Positions 1-8,087 of a stretch of 20,000 nucleotides of DNA are shown here, piece by piece (within the stretch, counting starts at the first letter, position 1; every line of letters begins with the position of its first letter). A program made the position numbers and the translations under genes. The notes beneath the pieces are model-generated. The model did no database searches, was not told where the DNA came from, and saw nothing but the letters and a program-made list of their open reading frames with translations. Source of the stretch: an uncultured virus (IMG/VR IMGVR_UViG_3300025000_000094) (Duplodnaviria > Heunggongvirae > Uroviricota > Caudoviricetes). The stretch lies in the IMG/VR virus record IMGVR_UViG_3300025000_000094; one strand, written 5' to 3'.

Positions 1-2067
1 GCCAAAGACAGATGCCCCACCGCTACCGCTTTGGACACCTACTGCGGCGATATCTCCACCAGTTGCGCCTCCATTGCCAGACATCAAAAGATCCCCGGTC
101 AGCCCTACGCCATACGGCCCGCCGTTAGTGTACTGGCCATTTCCACCGGCCGACCCACCGCTAGCAGAACAATACGAGCCAAAAGTAGACGTTCCACCAT
201 TTCCGCCAGCCGCTCCTGCCGCTCCGACTGTGTATGCTATTTGTGAGGACACCGCCACCCCATAAACGTATTTTATTGCTGTGCCTCCGCCGCCACCGCC
301 ACCGCCGGCGGCATTTGTTCCACCAGCGCCGCCGCCGCCAATGCACGTCACTTTAAACATTCCCACACCGGCAGGAACTGTCCAGGTATAGTTTCCTGCC
401 GTGGATGACACATGCACGCGCGACATAGGCCACACCCCGCTAGGCTGTGCCCCGATAGTCACGGAACTGCTGAACGTATTCGCACCCGTGAAAGTCTGCG
501 TCGAAGCAAGCACCGCGCCGCCCGACGTAGACGGCAGATTCGTCAACTGCGAACCGTCCACGGCCGGCAACTTCGACAGCGCGTCCAGTTTCACAAGCTG
601 CGACGCCCCGTTGAACGTGTTGCCCTGCAACGTCACCGAGGACGACTTCGCGCTGAACGTCGCCCCCGTCAGCGCAAGCGACACGCCGTCGGCCAGGTAG
701 GACGTGGTGGCGATATTGATGTTGGCCGAGCCGTCAAAGGCCACGCCGTTGATGTTCCGCGCCGTGGCGAGCTTGGTGGCCGTGGCCGAGTTCCCGGTAA
801 CGTCCGAGGGCTGGGCGCAAGCCGCCGCGCCCGAAGCCGCCACGCCCCGCGCAAAGTTCACCCCCGAGCAGTCCGCCGGGTCAGCCGCCAGCGCCGTCGC
901 CGTCGCCGCGTTGCCGGTGGTGTTCTGGTTGAGCGTGGGGAAGCTCGTCAGCGAAGCCGCCGAGCCGTTGGTGTCCAGCTTGCCGGATAGCGCAGTAGTC
1001 ACCGTGGACAGATTCACGGCCGACTGCGGCACGCTCACTATCGTAGCCGCCGCCGCGCCAGGCCCGGAAGCCGTCACGGCCCCCGTCAGCGAGGTGATGT
1101 AGTTCCCCGTGGCCTGCTTGCCCGCCAGCGCCGTGGTGACGGTCGAGAGGTCCACCAGCGTGGCCGGCACGGTGGCCGTGTTGGACAGCTTCCCCGCCAG
1201 CGCCGTAGTCACGGTCGAAAGGTTGACCGCCGTCTGCGGCACCGAGACAATGGTGACCGCCGCCGCGCCCGGGCCGCTGGCCGTAGCCGCGCCGGTAAGG
1301 GACGTTATGTAGTTGCCGGTGTCCTGCTTGCCGGAAAGGGCGGTAGTCACGGTGGACAGGTTCACCGCGCTCTGCGGCACGGACACGATGGTGGCCGCCA
1401 CGGAGCCGGGACCGCTGGCTGTTACGTTGCCCGTCAGCGCCGTAATATAGTTGCCGGCCGCCTGCTTGCCGTTGAACGTGCTCCAATCGGTGGAGGTCAG
1501 GAAGCCCTTTGCGCCCGAGCCGGCCGCCTGGCCGTTGGTGTAGTCCAGGGATACCACGCCCGCCGCCACGTTGAAGTCGTTGGCCGTCAGGTCGGCCTCC
1601 TTAACAATGGTCGCGTCGGCGGTCTCCTTGCCGGCCAGCGCGGTGGTCACCGTGGACAGGTCTATCTTGGCCGTGGCCAGGCTGGTGATCCAGGCCGGGT
1701 TGGCGTAGGAGCCGCTGGTGTAGACCCCGTTGGTCACCGTGCCGGCGTTGCCGGTAATGGAGTGCGGATAGGTGCCGGTCGCGGTGGACTGGATGATGCC
1801 GGTGAGGTTTGAGCCGGAGCCGTAGAAGCCCGTGGCCGAGATGGTGGACACGCTCGCGCCGTCGCGCACGGTCAGCTGCTTGTTGATGCCGTCGAGCATT
1901 ATGGCCGGCGCGGCGGCCGCGCTGGTGGTGCTCGGGTATATCTTCAGCACGCCCGACAGGTAGCCGGTGCCGTAGGGCGTGGTGCTCACCATGGGCGGCA
2001 TCCAGGTGGGGACGCCGGCCTGGGCGGCGCTGGTCAGGAACAAGAGAATGGTCAGTATGGTCTTCAT
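1..2067 (-). CDS. Tail-fibre-like / adhesin-like repeat protein with N-terminal signal peptide and C-terminal glycine-rich domain (3'-truncated by window, >=689 aa; absent from ORF track)
   Basis: Manual translation: ATG at 2067 after GGAGGG RBS, open for 689 codons to base 1. Starts MKTILTILLFLTSAAQA-GVPTW. Contains fibre-type motifs GFLTSTDWSTFNGKQ, repeated LSTVTTAL(A/S)GK, GNSATATKLATARNINGVAFDGSANINI, KLPAVDGSQLTNLP, then YTWTVPAGV..KVTCIGGGGAGG Gly-rich domain. Sits in the fibre position after the hub gene. Confidence 0.88.
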   Translation of the reverse strand, partial: MKTILTILLFLTSAAQAGVPTWMPPMVSTTPYGTGYLSGVLKIYPSTTSAAAAPAIMLDGINKQLTVRDGASVSTISATGFYGSGSNLTGIIQSTATGTYPHSITGNAGTVTNGVYTSGSYANPAWITSLATAKIDLSTVTTALAGKETADATIVKEADLTANDFNVAAGVVSLDYTNGQAAGSGAKGFLTSTDWSTFNGKQAAGNYITALTGNVTASGPGSVAATIVSVPQSAVNLSTVTTALSGKQDTGNYITSLTGAATASGPGAAAVTIVSVPQTAVNLSTVTTALAGKLSNTATVPATLVDLSTVTTALAGKQATGNYITSLTGAVTASGPGAAAATIVSVPQSAVNLSTVTTALSGKLDTNGSAASLTSFPTLNQNTTGNAATATALAADPADCSGVNFARGVAASGAAACAQPSDVTGNSATATKLATARNINGVAFDGSANINIATTSYLADGVSLALTGATFSAKSSSVTLQGNTFNGASQLVKLDALSKLPAVDGSQLTNLPSTSGGAVLASTQTFTGANTFSSSVTIGAQPSGVWPMSRVHVSSTAGNYTWTVPAGVGMFKVTCIGGGGAGGTNAAGGGGGGGGTAIKYVYGVAVSSQIAYTVGAAGAAGGNGGTSTFGSYCSASGGSAGGNGQYTNGGPYGVGLTGDLLMSGNGGATGGDIAAVGVQSGSGGASVFG
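985..1470 (-). repeat. In-frame tandem repeats in the fibre gene: three 138-bp (46-aa) units plus one 72-bp (24-aa) partial unit
   Basis: Units start (minus strand) at 1470, 1332 and 1122: GKQxxGNYITxLTGxxTASGPGxxAxTIVSVPQxAVNLSTVTTAL(S/A). A 24-aa GKLSNTATVPATLVDLSTVTTALA unit starts at 1194. A further LSTVTTALAGK occurs near 1628-1660. Confidence 0.92.
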
Positions 2068-2083
2068 GGTATTTATCCCTCCG

Positions 2084-2362
2084 TTAGGAAATTGTCTCCC
2101 AGCTCGCCAGCGTTACGAAGCCGTCGGCGTTCTGCCCCGCCGTGGCCACGCCGGTATAAATCATCAGCGCCGGCAGGTCCGACGGGATGCACAGGAAGGC
2201 CACCGTGGGCGCTGCCGCCGCGGCAACCTTCAGCTGCGCCATCGTGGAGCCGGTCTTGATGCCGGCGCCGCCCGCCACCAGGGCCAGCACGTAGTCGAAA
2301 TTCGCCTGCACTTTATCGCCGTCAGGATCTCCGCCGTTGGCTATCGTGTTCGGGTACACCAT
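2084..2362 (-). CDS. Small tail protein, possible fibre/spike anchor or adaptor (92 aa)
   Basis: ATG directly follows the stop of the hub gene. N-terminal NG..D.DKVQANF motif resembles N-terminal attachment segments of tail fibres/spikes. Function inferred. Confidence 0.6.
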   Translation of the reverse strand: MVYPNTIANGGDPDGDKVQANFDYVLALVAGGAGIKTGSTMAQLKVAAAAAPTVAFLCIPSDLPALMIYTGVATAGQNADGFVTLASWETIS

Positions 2363-4780
2363 TTAAACCACCTCCACCAGGTCAAAGATTGTCGCCCACC
2401 GCTTCCACCATTCCAGCTCTATGCCCTCAATGCGCATCACCGTCTTCCAGAAAGAGATGCGCAGCGCCTTGGTGGTGTCATTCCAGTACTCAATATCTGG
2501 GTCGCCCCATTTAACATGTGTGTCGCCCCACTTCCAGGGCTTCAGGGCTGTGGGCTCCTCATAGGACAGACGCACCGTGTCGGCCAGTTCCAGGTGGGGC
2601 AGGAAGATGGTCTCCGCCTGGCACCGCCGACGCTTCACCTTTACGTAGGCCAGGATGGTGGGCGCGATGGCCTCGGCCAGGTAGACATTCTCCTCAGGCA
2701 AGAGCGAGCTGGACTGCACTTTGTACTTTATCTTGCGGCCGTTAAGGCCGTAGATGCCGGGCGTATTGGCGCTGTCGTCTGATATTTTGGTGTAGTCTCC
2801 GTAGACGGCCTCCACGTAGTTGCTCAGCCGGTCGGTGCCGTCCGTCACGTTGCGCACGTCAATCACGTTGAGCGCGCTGGTAAGGTCCATCACCGGAGTG
2901 AGCGTGGTGCTGCGCGGCTGGAACAAGAATTTTCCCTCCGCGTTGAAGCCCATCTCGTAACAGCATTTCTCGGCAAGGTCCTTTAAAAGCTGCAGGCAGT
3001 TCATGCCGGTCAGGTTGACCAGGGAGATAGTTGTGTTAGACGTGTAATATTTGAAGGTGAGCTGGTCCAGTATGGGAGAATAGGCCCCAAGCGTGTCAGA
3101 ATAAAGCAGACAGCGTATCTGGATATAGCGTTTTGCCGTAAGGTGCGCCGGCAGGCCGGTATTAAGGACCGCCAACCAGTCCCCCCAGGTGGAGTTATCG
3201 TCAGAGTTGCGGGTCTCTATCACGTAAGACGTACCGGCCGGCAGGGTCTGAATGGGGGTTATAGCGCCGTAGCTGGCCACAGCAATGCTGGTATCTATGC
3301 TGCCGAAAGTTAGGCTGCCGGCGGCAACGTAGCGGGCCGTTATTGAACCCACCATACAGTCAAAGGTGTTGTTCTGTTCCACGTACAAGGTGATGTAGTT
3401 TAGGTCTGAGTAATAGGACAGGCCGTCCATGGTGCCCAGGAGAACATCGTTCTTGTAGAAGTTCAGCTTATTATCGCTGGTGGTCTCCATGCGGAAAGAT
3501 GCCAGAGAGAAACCCGGGCTCACCAAGCCGAGGTCCAGCACTTCGTGAGTGGTATTCGGAGGTGTGTCATAGCCGTTACACACATACACGTGACCGTTCG
3601 GCTTGAACTTAAAGAAAAGGCCGGAACCCACAGAGCCGTCGGACGTGCTGGTAAGGCCCAAATAAGCCGTGCGCACTGTGCCGTCTATTAGCGACCCCAT
3701 GGCCGTGGTGATCTCGAACACACCCATAAAGCGCGTGGGTCGGGAACATTTGTTCACCCCCACGGACAGAGGACGCCAGTACGGTGCGTCCATTCCCCAG
3801 CCGCTATTGTAGGTCCAGCCATCCTCTATCACGCCGGCGATAGCGGCAGAGTCAAGCAACGCGGAGCCAGAATAGCGCACCGTATCTATATTGGATTTTG
3901 TGCTGGCGTCCCAGTCTGCCTTGCTGGTATAGGTCACCAGGTTCAGGATACTGTTCGAATATACCGCCGGAGAGATGGCATAGCTGGTAATGCCGCACAA
4001 CGTCATCACGCGCTGCACAACATCTTCCAGCGGCTTATCCTGGAACCAGTAGCTGTAAGCGCCATAGAGATTTTCTCCGGCGGTCAGCGCGTCCACCAGG
4101 GTTATGGTGGCGCCGGCGGTCTTAACGTTCAGGCCGGTGACAGAATAATCTATCTTTGGAATGAGCGCGGCGGCGGTCTCATAAGTGCTGCCGCGGCGTA
4201 CGTCCCATATACGGCCCACGCCGCCCATACCGCCCACCGTGAACTCTGAGCCAGAGTCCTCTCCGAATATGACGTAAGCAGACGGCGGGTGTGCTTCCAC
4301 TGTGGTGGAGATATCCTCGGCGTTAAACTGCTCGAAGAACGACATGGCGCCGGACACGGTAATGACGGCGGTCTTCTTCTTCAGGCTGCAGACCGGGTCA
4401 GTATTGATGTAGCCCAGGAAGACGTATGGCTTCTCGTAGGTGCCGTCGGCCAGCTGCGCGCCTACCTTTATGCGGATCTTGCTGCCGCGCAGAACATAGC
4501 TGCCGGAGAAGTAGCCTTTTGTGTTGCCAGGCTTCCACTGCTGCCGGTCGTTGCGCATGGTCAGCGTGGTGTTGTCTATGGTCCAGGAGTTGAAGGCCTC
4601 CTTGTCGAACTTCCACATGATCTTGCCGGCGTCTATGATCTGAGCCGTGATGTCCACCGGGGTAGCGTCGAAGGTATAGGACGTGCCGTTCCAGATGCGG
4701 CGATAAAGTTCCACGGTCTTGGAGTAGACCGGGTTCTGGCGAGCCAGAGAGGCTTTAAGGTTATCTGTTGCGGCTGGCAT
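2363..4780 (-). CDS. Tail tip / baseplate hub (Tal-like) protein with central inserted beta-rich domain(s) (805 aa)
   Basis: Size and position two genes after the tape measure. Hub-like N- and C-terminal segments (KIRIKVG..., LPHLELADTVRLSY..., MRIEGIE) flank a Ser/Thr/Tyr-rich lectin-like insert. Confidence 0.72.
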   Translation of the reverse strand: MPAATDNLKASLARQNPVYSKTVELYRRIWNGTSYTFDATPVDITAQIIDAGKIMWKFDKEAFNSWTIDNTTLTMRNDRQQWKPGNTKGYFSGSYVLRGSKIRIKVGAQLADGTYEKPYVFLGYINTDPVCSLKKKTAVITVSGAMSFFEQFNAEDISTTVEAHPPSAYVIFGEDSGSEFTVGGMGGVGRIWDVRRGSTYETAAALIPKIDYSVTGLNVKTAGATITLVDALTAGENLYGAYSYWFQDKPLEDVVQRVMTLCGITSYAISPAVYSNSILNLVTYTSKADWDASTKSNIDTVRYSGSALLDSAAIAGVIEDGWTYNSGWGMDAPYWRPLSVGVNKCSRPTRFMGVFEITTAMGSLIDGTVRTAYLGLTSTSDGSVGSGLFFKFKPNGHVYVCNGYDTPPNTTHEVLDLGLVSPGFSLASFRMETTSDNKLNFYKNDVLLGTMDGLSYYSDLNYITLYVEQNNTFDCMVGSITARYVAAGSLTFGSIDTSIAVASYGAITPIQTLPAGTSYVIETRNSDDNSTWGDWLAVLNTGLPAHLTAKRYIQIRCLLYSDTLGAYSPILDQLTFKYYTSNTTISLVNLTGMNCLQLLKDLAEKCCYEMGFNAEGKFLFQPRSTTLTPVMDLTSALNVIDVRNVTDGTDRLSNYVEAVYGDYTKISDDSANTPGIYGLNGRKIKYKVQSSSLLPEENVYLAEAIAPTILAYVKVKRRRCQAETIFLPHLELADTVRLSYEEPTALKPWKWGDTHVKWGDPDIEYWNDTTKALRISFWKTVMRIEGIELEWWKRWATIFDLVEVV

Positions 4781-4781
4781 T

Positions 4782-5540
4782 TTAGCGTTCCTGCAACTCC
4801 AGGCTTATCTCGTAAAGGCCCGTTTTACGGTTGATGTCGCGCCTGGGCGCATTGACTATGGCGCACTCAAAGCAATCCTCGGGCGCGTGGTCCTCGTAGA
4901 AAACGATGGTAATGAACTCAGCCGCCTTCATGTAGGGCAGCAGCAGGTCGTGGTCGGCCTTGGCTACGTCGTAGAGCTGACCTGATGCGGCGAACTTGGT
5001 CCACTCCCGGTAGAATACCAGGCGGCCGTCGCCGGTACGCTCGTAGCCGGAGCGCTGCTCGTCCTGCCGGGGCAGGGAACTACGCCACAGCTGGGTGCCG
5101 TCCAGGATTGACAGGCAGAACTTAAGCTCGCCGATGAACTTCTGCGCGTTGGCTGTCTGGGTGGTGCTCAGGCGCATACGCACACGAGAAGCGCTGATGG
5201 CGCTGGCAACCGAGACATACTTATAGGCCGTGGTCTCCGCAGTCATGGCGGCTTCCGGGATGGCTACCCAGGCGCTGCCGTTCCAATAGTCCGCGCCGCC
5301 GGACTTAACGTTGTGGTTAAGCATTATGATGCGGTCGAAGGTGCGCGAGATCTCCGTGCCCTGCCAGTTCTTGAAGATAATCTCTATGGTCTCTTCGGTG
5401 GCGTCGTCAGAGCCGGAGCTGGAATACTTGGTCTCCTGGTTCTGGTCGTAAAGATACGCCTTCAGCGCGTCGCCGCTAAGGCAGGTGATAGCGCAGTTCT
5501 CGTCCAGCCAGTTCTGCGAGTATATTTTTAAGCCGTTCAT
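4782..5540 (-). CDS. Distal tail (Dit-like) protein, N-terminal half possibly a discoidin/galactose-binding-like fold (252 aa)
   Basis: Directly follows the tape measure gene (ATGA overlap). Beta-rich N-terminal half (FDRIIMLNHN, YWNGSAWV, RVRMRLS, IGELKF) and C-terminal GLYEISLELQE end typical of Dit-like proteins. Confidence 0.6.
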   Translation of the reverse strand: MNGLKIYSQNWLDENCAITCLSGDALKAYLYDQNQETKYSSSGSDDATEETIEIIFKNWQGTEISRTFDRIIMLNHNVKSGGADYWNGSAWVAIPEAAMTAETTAYKYVSVASAISASRVRMRLSTTQTANAQKFIGELKFCLSILDGTQLWRSSLPRQDEQRSGYERTGDGRLVFYREWTKFAASGQLYDVAKADHDLLLPYMKAAEFITIVFYEDHAPEDCFECAIVNAPRRDINRKTGLYEISLELQER

Positions 5541-7429
5541 AGTGCGGTGTTCCCCGCTTTCATCCCACCGACCTTGCTGACAACGTTGGACAGCTCGCCT
5601 GCGGCCCGGTCACCCTGGCGCGCGGACTCGGAGATCCTGTCGCAGAGTGCGTCCACGCTGTCCACTATACCGGAGATGTAGAAGTTGTTGATAACACTGC
5701 CGCCCCCTCCGCCGGCCGCCGAAGCACCGGCAAAGGCAGGCGCGAGAGACGGGGCAGGGCGGCCTTTCATCAGGTTGCTGGTGGTGTCAGCGTCCAGCAC
5801 AAACTCGCCGCGGTGGACCACGCCGGCCACCTCGTTGGGGTCGCCGTCCCCGGTGTAACCGCCCTGGGAGAAACCCAGGAACTTCAGCAAGCCGCCGCCT
5901 TTGTTGCTGAACATGGAGAAGATGCCGTAAACGGCCGCCTTGGCCAGCATCTCCTCGGCCATGTCCAGGAAGGCTTTCAGGATACCGTTAAAGACCTTCT
6001 TGGCCAGCGCTTCGAGGTTCAAGAAATCCTTGCTGCTGGAGGTGAAGAAGTCGTGGAAGGCGGCCTTAGCCGGCCCCACGGAGCCGCCGATGACCTTCAG
6101 CCAGTTATCCCTGAAGTTCTCGGTCTTTTCGTGCATCACTATCAGCGCCTGCTGCAGGCCGCCGGAAATAGACTGCGAACCCTCTTCCCAGGCTACCTGC
6201 ATCTCTTCGACCGTAGCCTTGTTCTTCTGCTCGGCGTCTTTCCAGTTTCGCTCTATCTGCTTCCAGGTCTCGGTGTTCACCCTGGCGCGCAGCTCTTCGG
6301 TGGGGCGGATGGCGCTGACAAACGTGGCGCTATGCCCGGCCCAGGCGGTATAGTAATCCTGCATGGCCCGGTTGTTGCGCAACCAGGCTACGGTGGCCGT
6401 GTCTATTTCGCCGGCCTGCTTGGGCATGTTGATCTGAGTATTCTCCGGGGTGGTGTCCCCGGGCGGAGTGGTGGTGCCGCCGCCGCCCTGCCCCATCTTA
6501 GCCTTGAGCAGATCTATCTGCACCATCAGGCTGTGGATATCCTTCTTGGCCAGATTGATGGCCGCGGGGCTGCGGTCCAGCCAGTCAAAAAAACCGCTCT
6601 TGGGGCTTTCCAGTTTCTTCAGGTGGACCTGTATACGCTCAAGCATTTCCTCAAGAGCTTTAACCCGGTGCTCCTTCGTCTCCGGGCCCAGCACGGAAAG
6701 CGCCCTGGTCACCTTGGTCAGGGCCGTCACCACAAGTGTGGCTGCCGGAGTAAGGCGCTCGCCCCAGGTCTTTACCAGGTCGTCCCATTCCAGCCCAAGC
6801 AGATGCACCTGCCCGGAGTAGCCCTTCATCTCGGCCGCGGCCGCTCCGGAGAAGCGCGCCTGGATCTGCTTGTGGACTTCCGCGAAGATCTGCGCCTTGG
6901 GCAGGCTTTCGTCTATCTGAATGCCGAGCAGATTAAGGCCCTTGGTCTGTCCCTGGAAGGCTTTGCCCAGAATGTCGGCCGCGCTGGCCAGGTCCCCGGT
7001 CTTGGTGCGCAGATCCAGGGAGTCCCGGATGGCCTGCTTAAGCGCGTCACCCCACAGGCCGCGCTGCACCAGGGAGCGCTCGGCCGCTATAATCTCTTCA
7101 TCCGTGGCCATGCTCACGCGCGCCTGGGCCTTGGCGAACTCCACCAGGTCCTGCGTGACGGCCCTGTTGGTGATCCCCAAGTTGGCTAACGCATTGGAAA
7201 GCTGGTTAATGCTTTTCTCTTCCTCGGCGAACGCCTGCACGGCGTCCTTGGCGAAGGTGTAAATGCCGGCCCCGATGCCGCCGGCGCCCAGGAGCCCCAT
7301 GAACTTGGTCATGCCGCGGCTGACGCGGCCCACTTCCCGGTCTATGGAGTTGACCGAGTTAATGGCCGCGTCTACGCTTTTGGCGTCTACGTTGAAACCG
7401 AAGGATGTAACAAGTTTTTGAAGGCTCAT
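5537..7429 (-). CDS. Tape measure protein (630 aa)
   Basis: Ala/Leu-rich helical protein after the chaperone gene. TMP motifs DLASAADILGKAFQGQTKGLNLLGI, RFSGAAAAEMKGYSGQ and C-terminal GFSQGGYTGDG..VAGVVHRGEFVL. GAGGT RBS. Confidence 0.93.
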   Translation of the reverse strand: MSLQKLVTSFGFNVDAKSVDAAINSVNSIDREVGRVSRGMTKFMGLLGAGGIGAGIYTFAKDAVQAFAEEEKSINQLSNALANLGITNRAVTQDLVEFAKAQARVSMATDEEIIAAERSLVQRGLWGDALKQAIRDSLDLRTKTGDLASAADILGKAFQGQTKGLNLLGIQIDESLPKAQIFAEVHKQIQARFSGAAAAEMKGYSGQVHLLGLEWDDLVKTWGERLTPAATLVVTALTKVTRALSVLGPETKEHRVKALEEMLERIQVHLKKLESPKSGFFDWLDRSPAAINLAKKDIHSLMVQIDLLKAKMGQGGGGTTTPPGDTTPENTQINMPKQAGEIDTATVAWLRNNRAMQDYYTAWAGHSATFVSAIRPTEELRARVNTETWKQIERNWKDAEQKNKATVEEMQVAWEEGSQSISGGLQQALIVMHEKTENFRDNWLKVIGGSVGPAKAAFHDFFTSSSKDFLNLEALAKKVFNGILKAFLDMAEEMLAKAAVYGIFSMFSNKGGGLLKFLGFSQGGYTGDGDPNEVAGVVHRGEFVLDADTTSNLMKGRPAPSLAPAFAGASAAGGGGGSVINNFYISGIVDSVDALCDRISESARQGDRAAGELSNVVSKVGGMKAGNTAL

Positions 7430-7436
7430 GATAACC

Positions 7437-7694
7437 TCAGCCCAGGCCCCAACTTCGAAGTTTATCCGCTTGTTTCTGGGGGGCGGGCGGCCCGGAATTT
7501 ATCCCTTGCGCCAGGCGCACCATGGTATCGCGCTTAATGGCCTGTTTGACGGCCCAGCGAATCCACCTCGGACTTTTATCTAAAAGGGCTTCAAAAGTAT
7601 AAGCTGGGAACACTGACGCTATGAGAGCTAAGGCACTGGAAAGTGCGTCTTCTATTTCTTCGGCTTGGACAGTTCCAGTACCCTTATGAAATTT
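7437..7694 (-). CDS. -1 frameshift extension of tail assembly chaperone (lambda gpT-like portion of a G-T fusion, ~196 aa total)
   Basis: Heptamer A AAT TTC (X XXY YYZ, + strand gaaattt 7688-7694) lies in the correct phase near the chaperone end. The -1 frame is closed by TGA four codons upstream, then open (..HKGTGTVQAEEIEDALSSALALIASVFPAYTFEALLDKSPRWIRWAVKQAIKRD..) to TGA at 7437-7439, just before the TMP start. Confidence 0.8.
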   Translation of the reverse strand, partial: KFHKGTGTVQAEEIEDALSSALALIASVFPAYTFEALLDKSPRWIRWAVKQAIKRDTMVRLAQGINSGPPAPQKQADKLRSWGLG

Positions 7695-8026
7695 GAGAAT
7701 ATCTCACCGAAGTCGTTGGTCTCACAGATGGCCACGGCCAGGCGAGAAAGTTCTCCCAGACTCACCTCTGATGTTACTTCAGGAGGCAGGCCGGTAATGA
7801 TGGCTACCAGGTCCCCCACGTTTTCATCCAGGTCCTGGAATATTTTGAGCACGAAATCCGCGTCAGAGCCTACCGGCCCCTGCGAAATTTTAACGGCGCT
7901 AAGCTGCAAAAACTTAAGGGCGCGGTTCAACCGCTTGCAGGATAATTCTCCGATCTCTACCTTGTGCCTCTGGATGACCACTATTCTGGTCACTGGATCA
8001 ATAACTTGCATAGCTGATGGTTCCAT
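7652..8026 (-). CDS. Tail assembly chaperone (lambda gpG-like, 124 aa)
   Basis: Lies between major tail and tape measure genes. Start revised to ATG 8026 (MEPSAMQ) behind AAGGAGGG RBS. Slippery site near the 3' end. Confidence 0.8.
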   Translation of the reverse strand: MEPSAMQVIDPVTRIVVIQRHKVEIGELSCKRLNRALKFLQLSAVKISQGPVGSDADFVLKIFQDLDENVGDLVAIITGLPPEVTSEVSLGELSRLAVAICETNDFGEIFSNFIRVLELSKPKK

Positions 8027-8043
8027 TGTTCCCTCCTTATTAT

Positions 8044-8072
8044 CCCCGGCGGCCGCCACTGCACCGCCGGGG
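8044..8072 (-). promoter_or_regulatory. GC-rich hairpin between major tail and chaperone genes (no U tract; possible mRNA stabiliser/attenuator)
   Basis: CCCCGGCGG-N11-CCGCCGGGG perfect 9-bp inverted repeat in the intergenic gap, just upstream of the chaperone RBS. Confidence 0.5.
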
Positions 8073-8087
8073 TTACTGCGCGCCTCT

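Noticed and set aside
985..1470. Repeats as a CRISPR array or DGR TR/VR pair
   Set aside because: They are in-frame coding repeats with synonymous divergence. There are no identical repeats with unique spacers, no adenine-specific mismatch pattern and no reverse transcriptase in the window.
31..1486. ORF-track calls in 31-1486 (plus-strand ORFs and minus-strand 161-346, 881-1486)
   Set aside because: All are alternative or antisense frames of the 2067 to <1 fibre ORF.
7429..7694. Chaperone frameshift product reading through into the tape measure protein
   Set aside because: The -1 frame stops at TGA 7437-7439 and is not the TMP frame.
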